Of a DNA stretch of 60,733 nt, positions 56,164 through 60,733 are shown one piece after another. The position numbers and the translations under genes are program-made. The notes beneath the pieces are model-generated. The model made no database searches. It saw nothing but the letters and a program-made list of their open reading frames with translations, and was not told the DNA's origin. How positions within the stretch are numbered: position 1 is the stretch's first letter; each line of letters starts with the position of its first letter. The stretch spans positions 1 to 60,733 of the forward strand of contig JBCCZL010000002.1 of the NCBI GenBank assembly GCA_039187775.1, in the 5' to 3' direction. The stretch is from Myxococcota bacterium (lineage in GTDB: Bacteria; Myxococcota_A; Polyangia; Polyangiales; JBCCZL01).

Positions 56164-57668
56164 CGCGAACGCTCATCCTCGGAAAGCTCCGACGCAAGCT
56201 GTTCGATCCGGGATCGCAGGGGGCCGAGTTCGGCGAGTCGACGCAAACCATCACGGGCGGCTTCCGCGTTCTCCAGCCCCCGTTTCGGGGCAATCCACAA
56301 AGACTCTGCATCGACGATCGACGACAGACCGCGCTCGAACCGCTCGAGGTCCTCCACGACGAGCGCCACCTGTTCACGTCGACGGGCAATGTGATCTTCA
56401 CTGTATACCCTCGGACCTCGCGACACCTCTCGCTCTCGCCGACGAACGACATGCGCGGAGTTTTCCGTCCACTCGAGGAGCCGCGCCATCCCATCGGGAA
56501 CGTGGCGAAAGTGTTTCTCCCAGAGCTCTTCCGACGTGTGACCGCTACGCTCGGCTCCTCGGAAGTCTCGCGGCGCGACGAAGAGATCCCCAGGACCGGC
56601 AGGGTTAGTCGTGGAAGCCCCGCTCCGCTCGTCAACGAACAAGGTTCGCCCATCGGCCCCCACCCGCGCCGCGGTTGTCTTGTGCTCACGGTCGAGCTGC
56701 GCCTCAAACGCGCGAAGGAGCGATTCAATGCGCTTTGGTTCCTCCACGAGCACCTGCTGGATACCGTCGCGAACGGCCTCGGCAACCACTTTGCGCTGCT
56801 CCGGGAGGTTCCAAAGCGCGTGCTCGCATATCCACACGTCGAGAATCGAAGCGGTCGTCCGGCCCTCCGTCGCGGCCATGACGCGAAGAAGTCCTGCGAG
56901 CTTCTGCCAGCGCCGATCGGACACATAGATCGCGCGAGCCTGAAGCGATCGACGAATCTCGCGCAATGCATCGCGGACCGATGCCGGAAGAATGACCGAT
57001 GCGGCCTCCGCCTGAATCTTGCTTAGCGCTTCCCGGTCGAGGCAAGGCTCCAACGGGTGCTTTGCTTCGGTTTTGGCGGGCCGGAGCACGGCATCGAATC
57101 CCCGATCTGAAACCGGCTCCACCACCAAGCGTAGGAGAAACCGGTCATACAGGGCTCCCAGCTCGTCGCTCTCGGGAAGCTCGTTGCTCGCCCCCACCAC
57201 CGAGAGAAGCGGCACCGGCTCCCGACCGGCTCCGTTGTCGAACTCGCGCTCGTGGAGCAAGGTCAAAAGCGCGTTGAGGATGGCGCTGTTCGCCTTAAAC
57301 ACCTCATCAAGGAACGCGATCGTTGCGGTTGGAAGAAAGCCCTCGGTCAGCCGGGTGTATCGATCTTCTTCCAGGCCCCGGATCGAAAGCGGCCCAAAAA
57401 GCTCTTCGGGAACCGAGAACCGCGTGAGGAGCCGCTCAAAGTAGGCGCCCGCCCGAAAGCACCGGTGAAGCCGGCGGGCAAGCATGCTCTTGGCGGTCCC
57501 CGGTGCGCCGATCAGAAGAACGTGTTCCCCTGCGAGGACCGCCAAAAGAAGCATACGCGCGGCTTCGTCCCGCTCCACGAGGCCTTCGGTGAGCTGTCCA
57601 ACGAGAGACTCCCAACGTTGTCGCTCCTCGGAGATCACTCCAACAGGATGTCCGGCCTCCGCCGTCAT
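56160..57668 (-). CDS. RavA-like MoxR AAA+ ATPase
   Basis: GAPGTAKS, LLTRFSVPEELFGP, FLDEVFKANSAILNALL, ASNELP, LYDRF and VSDRRW; start 57668 or 57806. Confidence 0.92.
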   Translation of the reverse strand: MTAEAGHPVGVISEERQRWESLVGQLTEGLVERDEAARMLLLAVLAGEHVLLIGAPGTAKSMLARRLHRCFRAGAYFERLLTRFSVPEELFGPLSIRGLEEDRYTRLTEGFLPTATIAFLDEVFKANSAILNALLTLLHEREFDNGAGREPVPLLSVVGASNELPESDELGALYDRFLLRLVVEPVSDRGFDAVLRPAKTEAKHPLEPCLDREALSKIQAEAASVILPASVRDALREIRRSLQARAIYVSDRRWQKLAGLLRVMAATEGRTTASILDVWICEHALWNLPEQRKVVAEAVRDGIQQVLVEEPKRIESLLRAFEAQLDREHKTTAARVGADGRTLFVDERSGASTTNPAGPGDLFVAPRDFRGAERSGHTSEELWEKHFRHVPDGMARLLEWTENSAHVVRRREREVSRGPRVYSEDHIARRREQVALVVEDLERFERGLSSIVDAESLWIAPKRGLENAEAARDGLRRLAELGPLRSRIEQLASELSEDERSR

Positions 57669-57926
57669 CCGCGACGTCCCTGCAGTGAGTGCATCCACTC
57701 CCCCATCGGCACTCGGTGTGCCCTGCTCCGGCCCGAAGTCAAGGTGGTCGCTACCCAAGTCCTTCCCCTCGAACAACACGGGACCTCGGGCGTCGGATTC
57801 CCCCACGCGGCCCCGGTGGGCGCGGCGACTCGAATAGCCGGGCAGCTAGGGTCTCGGCCGGACATTTCGTTCACACCTGCTGCGCTCAGACGACAATTTT
57901 CTCAATGATCATCATCGACCCAAGAT

Positions 57927-57942
57927 GGGCATGGCGTGTGCA
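57927..57942 (+). promoter_or_regulatory. Putative sigma-54 (-24/-12) promoter
   Basis: GGGCATGGCGTGTGCA has exact GG-N10-GC spacing and ends about 15 bp before ATG 57957. Confidence 0.55.
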
Positions 57943-57956
57943 CTCTCACAAGTGCC

Positions 57957-58118
57957 ATGTTGCCCCCGTACATTATCGAGCAGCTCCGAGAACGCGAGCG
58001 CCAGCGCGAGCGCCCCCAGCGTCAGCTGGAGCTCGAGCTTCCGCTTCCGACGAAGCGCGAGCCCGAACCGGTCCCCGAAGAGCAGGACCGCGGGGTCCAC
58101 GAAATCCAGATTCTCTAG
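57957..58118 (+). CDS. 53-aa small charged protein
   Basis: MLPPYIIEQLRERE...LELELP...DRGVHEIQIL; stop shares CTAG with the convergent gene; sigma-54-like site upstream. Confidence 0.7.
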   Translation: MLPPYIIEQLRERERQRERPQRQLELELPLPTKREPEPVPEEQDRGVHEIQIL

Positions 58119-60733
58119 TCGAGCTTGTCTCCGCGCTTGCGCGCGATCACTCGAAACGGGCGGCGAAGCTCGTACCCCTCGGCCCAGGTGAGAACGAACT
58201 GGGGTTGCTTGAGGTTGGGCTCCACGCGCTGTCGAAGCTTGCGAACGGCGACGCGGAGCTTATTGTCGTGCCGAAGCGGGTGGTACTCCGCTTCTCGCCA
58301 GGCCTCGAGAAAGAGCGCTTCCTTCGTCTTCGGCGTGGCGCTCGCCAACGCTTCGAGGATCCGCAGCAAGAGCGGCGCGTCCTCGAGCGCAATAAAGGTG
58401 TCGTCAGAGCGTTGGACGCCTTTCCGCCGTAGGTCTAAGGCCAGCGCTGGCCCTACGCCCCCAACGCTCCGGCACGTCCACGTGCGCCGCTTCTCAACCG
58501 CGGCGAGGACCCGCTGATCTACGAGGTCGAGAGATGCCTCGATCCCCAGCAGCGAGGCTGCTCGTCGCGCGACCACCGGCGCTTCGTTGCTGAGCTTTGC
58601 GAGAGCTTCGAGCGCTCGGGGATCCAGTTCCTCGGACGATGCCCAGTCGGCGAACGCGGCGGCGGCTTCGAAACGCTTGGCGCTGGGCACCGAACGGCGG
58701 ATCTGCGCGGCAATGTGTTTCACGTCGCTCCGATTCCAGATGAGCGCAAGGTCCAGCGCCGCTTCGGAGACCTCAGCGATCCCGTTCGCCGAACGAACCT
58801 CCTGAAGGTCGGCGAGGGCTCGACGACAATGCTCACGCCCTTGGTGAGGATCGCCATCAACGATCGCTCGATCGATCAAGGTGAGCCGCACGACGGCACG
58901 ATGCCGTGCGTAGGGCGCGGCGTCGAGGGGGGGAGGCAACGCTTCCTTCCCCCAGCGGATGCGCCAGCGTGCGCCGACGCCGAGGTTGTAGCTCCTCCAG
59001 TGAGCGGGAGCATTCGACGCGTTCGCCGGCTCGGCGATGTGTTTCGGTGGAGCTTCGCCCCGAAGCCAACCCAGCTCGTTTCGAAGACCGAAGATCCCAC
59101 ACTGCGCGTCCGCGCTCGCCTCCAAGCGCCCCGCCTGTTCGATCACCGATTCAAGCCGCGCAAGGTCGCCAAAGGTCAAGCACCAACGTCCGTCCTGAAA
59201 GGCGACGTCGGCGGTCAGTACGTCGCTCGGCGCCGACGAGGGCGCCGCGTCATCGAGAACCTCCCGCGCCTCTGAGAACCGGCCAAGCTCAAAGCAGAGG
59301 TGAGCGCGAGCGATGCGAAGGTGGCGACCGGTGAAGGTAAATCGCCCAAGCTCCGGCTCCTTTGCCGCGAGCGCCTGCAGGAACTCGAGCGCGAGCTCGG
59401 GCTCGGTTTCGTGAATCGCAAACATCACCCGACGAAGAGCCCGCCGTGAGTTTTCGGTGCTGAGGTCCCGCAGAAGAACCGACCCCACTCGCTTGGCAAG
59501 CGACACCGCCTCGGTCTTTCGCCCGAGCTTGGCAAGGATATTCGCACGAACCGAGTCGAGCTCGACGACCAGGGGTTCAGGGATGCGAGCGAGCTCAGAT
59601 GCGCCCTCGGGAACCGCAGTGTTGTCGACCATCGCAGTTCCCTCGACCATCGCAGTTCCCTCGACCATCGCAGTTCCTTCGACCATCGCAGTTCCCTCGG
59701 GAACCGCAGCGTTGTCGACCATCGCAGTTCCCTCGACCATCGCAGTTCCCTCGACCACCGCAATTCCCTCGACCACCGCAATCTTCTCGAACTCTGCGAT
59801 CCGCTCGAGCGCGGCCCCCGGGTCGGTGAACGAGAGAGCGCGCGCCCAGAGAATCGTCGCCCGACCCTGGAGCTCGCTTCCTTTCGCGCACTCCTCAAAC
59901 ACCTCCTCCGCCAGCCGGGCCGCGGCGTCCGGATCCTGATTTCGAGCGGTGAGGAGGTGGCAGTAGTCGAGCTTCGCCTCGGTGGTCGTCGCAAGCTCCA
60001 TGCTCACCGACTCCGCCGCTTCCCGACTTCCAATGATCGGAGCAAGCTTGAGTCGATAGTGGCCAATCCGCTCCGCGCAGTCGGAGTCCGGCCGCACGCC
60101 TTGCAGGATGCGAAACAGTGGAGCGGCTCCGCCGCCGCTAACCCAGGCATCAAAATGCGCATCGAGGAATGCGATCAACCCCAGCCGGTCGACCTCCATC
60201 AGGATGCGGAGGCCCTCGGTGGCGGCATACGAAAAGTTCGGTTGGACGAGCGCAGCGCCCACTTCCGCTCGCCGTGTCGCATCGGGGAGCGGAACCAGAG
60301 CCCGCGCCCGATCGTGAAGGCGAAGCAGTCGTGATCCGTCGAGCCAGCCCGCGCGGCGAAGCGCTTCCTGACGCGACTCCGTCAGCGCGTCGCCGGCGAT
60401 CCGCTTCACTTCTTCGACCCCAAGGCCGACCTGAACGACGGCAAGGTTTTCGAGCAGCCAGCGCGACGGCGCATCGAGTCGCTCAAACTCAGACCGCTCG
60501 GGAAGCACCCGATCGCCCGGTCCCGTGCCGAGCCGATACTTGAGTTTCCAGGGACTTCCCGAAGCGCGCTTCAGCACTTCTTGGTGAAGATCGCCGAGCT
60601 CTGGTTGAAGCCGATGAGCGATTTGCGTCAACTCTTCATCCGGCATCGGACCGAGTTCGAGTTCTGCCTCACCACCCGTCGCTCGCCGACTCGTGATCAA
60701 AAGACGCCCCCGTCGAAGCCACCTTTCAGCGTC
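58115..60733 (-). CDS. Large STAND-like regulator (NTPase tail + helical repeats + C-terminal winged HTH), 5'-truncated
   Basis: Frame open to the window edge (..LLITSR..); LHD motif; TPR-like helices; C-terminal KEALFLEAW...NKLRVAVRKLRQRVEP...GYEL OmpR-type domain. Confidence 0.8.
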   Translation of the reverse strand, partial: DAERWLRRGRLLITSRRATGGEAELELGPMPDEELTQIAHRLQPELGDLHQEVLKRASGSPWKLKYRLGTGPGDRVLPERSEFERLDAPSRWLLENLAVVQVGLGVEEVKRIAGDALTESRQEALRRAGWLDGSRLLRLHDRARALVPLPDATRRAEVGAALVQPNFSYAATEGLRILMEVDRLGLIAFLDAHFDAWVSGGGAAPLFRILQGVRPDSDCAERIGHYRLKLAPIIGSREAAESVSMELATTTEAKLDYCHLLTARNQDPDAAARLAEEVFEECAKGSELQGRATILWARALSFTDPGAALERIAEFEKIAVVEGIAVVEGTAMVEGTAMVDNAAVPEGTAMVEGTAMVEGTAMVEGTAMVDNTAVPEGASELARIPEPLVVELDSVRANILAKLGRKTEAVSLAKRVGSVLLRDLSTENSRRALRRVMFAIHETEPELALEFLQALAAKEPELGRFTFTGRHLRIARAHLCFELGRFSEAREVLDDAAPSSAPSDVLTADVAFQDGRWCLTFGDLARLESVIEQAGRLEASADAQCGIFGLRNELGWLRGEAPPKHIAEPANASNAPAHWRSYNLGVGARWRIRWGKEALPPPLDAAPYARHRAVVRLTLIDRAIVDGDPHQGREHCRRALADLQEVRSANGIAEVSEAALDLALIWNRSDVKHIAAQIRRSVPSAKRFEAAAAFADWASSEELDPRALEALAKLSNEAPVVARRAASLLGIEASLDLVDQRVLAAVEKRRTWTCRSVGGVGPALALDLRRKGVQRSDDTFIALEDAPLLLRILEALASATPKTKEALFLEAWREAEYHPLRHDNKLRVAVRKLRQRVEPNLKQPQFVLTWAEGYELRRPFRVIARKRGDKLD
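59603..59782. repeat. 10 x 18-bp in-frame tandem repeat with a 90-bp higher-order period
   Basis: Consensus TCCCTCGACCATCGCAGT; encodes IAVVEG, TAMVEG, TAMVDN and xAVPEG units. Confidence 0.95.

Noticed and set aside
59603-59782. Tandem repeats as a CRISPR array
   Set aside because: The units are contiguous, have no unique spacers, lie in frame within a CDS, and no cas genes are present.

Overview
GC-rich bacterial window whose gene content points to Myxococcota (inference from many DA/PDG-rich lipoproteins, a Ser/Thr kinase-PEGA-FHA/sigma54 module, an ECF/FecR-TPR module and DUF1592/DUF1552-type pairs). About 48 CDSs are supported, two of them cut by the window edges. No rRNA, tRNA, CRISPR array or transposase was seen. 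Recognisable parts: MbnP/MbnH, a NhaD/ArsB-type permease with a USP-like protein and Hsp33, a cobalamin riboswitch upstream of a beta-propeller lipoprotein, TetR plus a Rieske oxygenase with a perfect 16-bp palindrome on its promoter, four cytochrome-lipoprotein/Tat-protein cassettes, a RavA/ViaA-like pair, and a STAND-like regulator carrying an 18-bp VNTR. Most interesting: (1) a three-gene operon (15481-18445) in which a Tat lipoprotein with an Ig fold apparently missing its last strand is followed by two signal-less proteins that each begin with a matching strand, suggesting donor-strand hitchhiker export and display; (2) an operon encoding a barrel-less POTRA lipoprotein, an M48 protease and a SurA-like chaperone; (3) a 164-bp MITE-like element inserted into a CTAG that supplied both stop codons of two convergent genes. 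All family assignments come from motif reading by eye; no searches were run.
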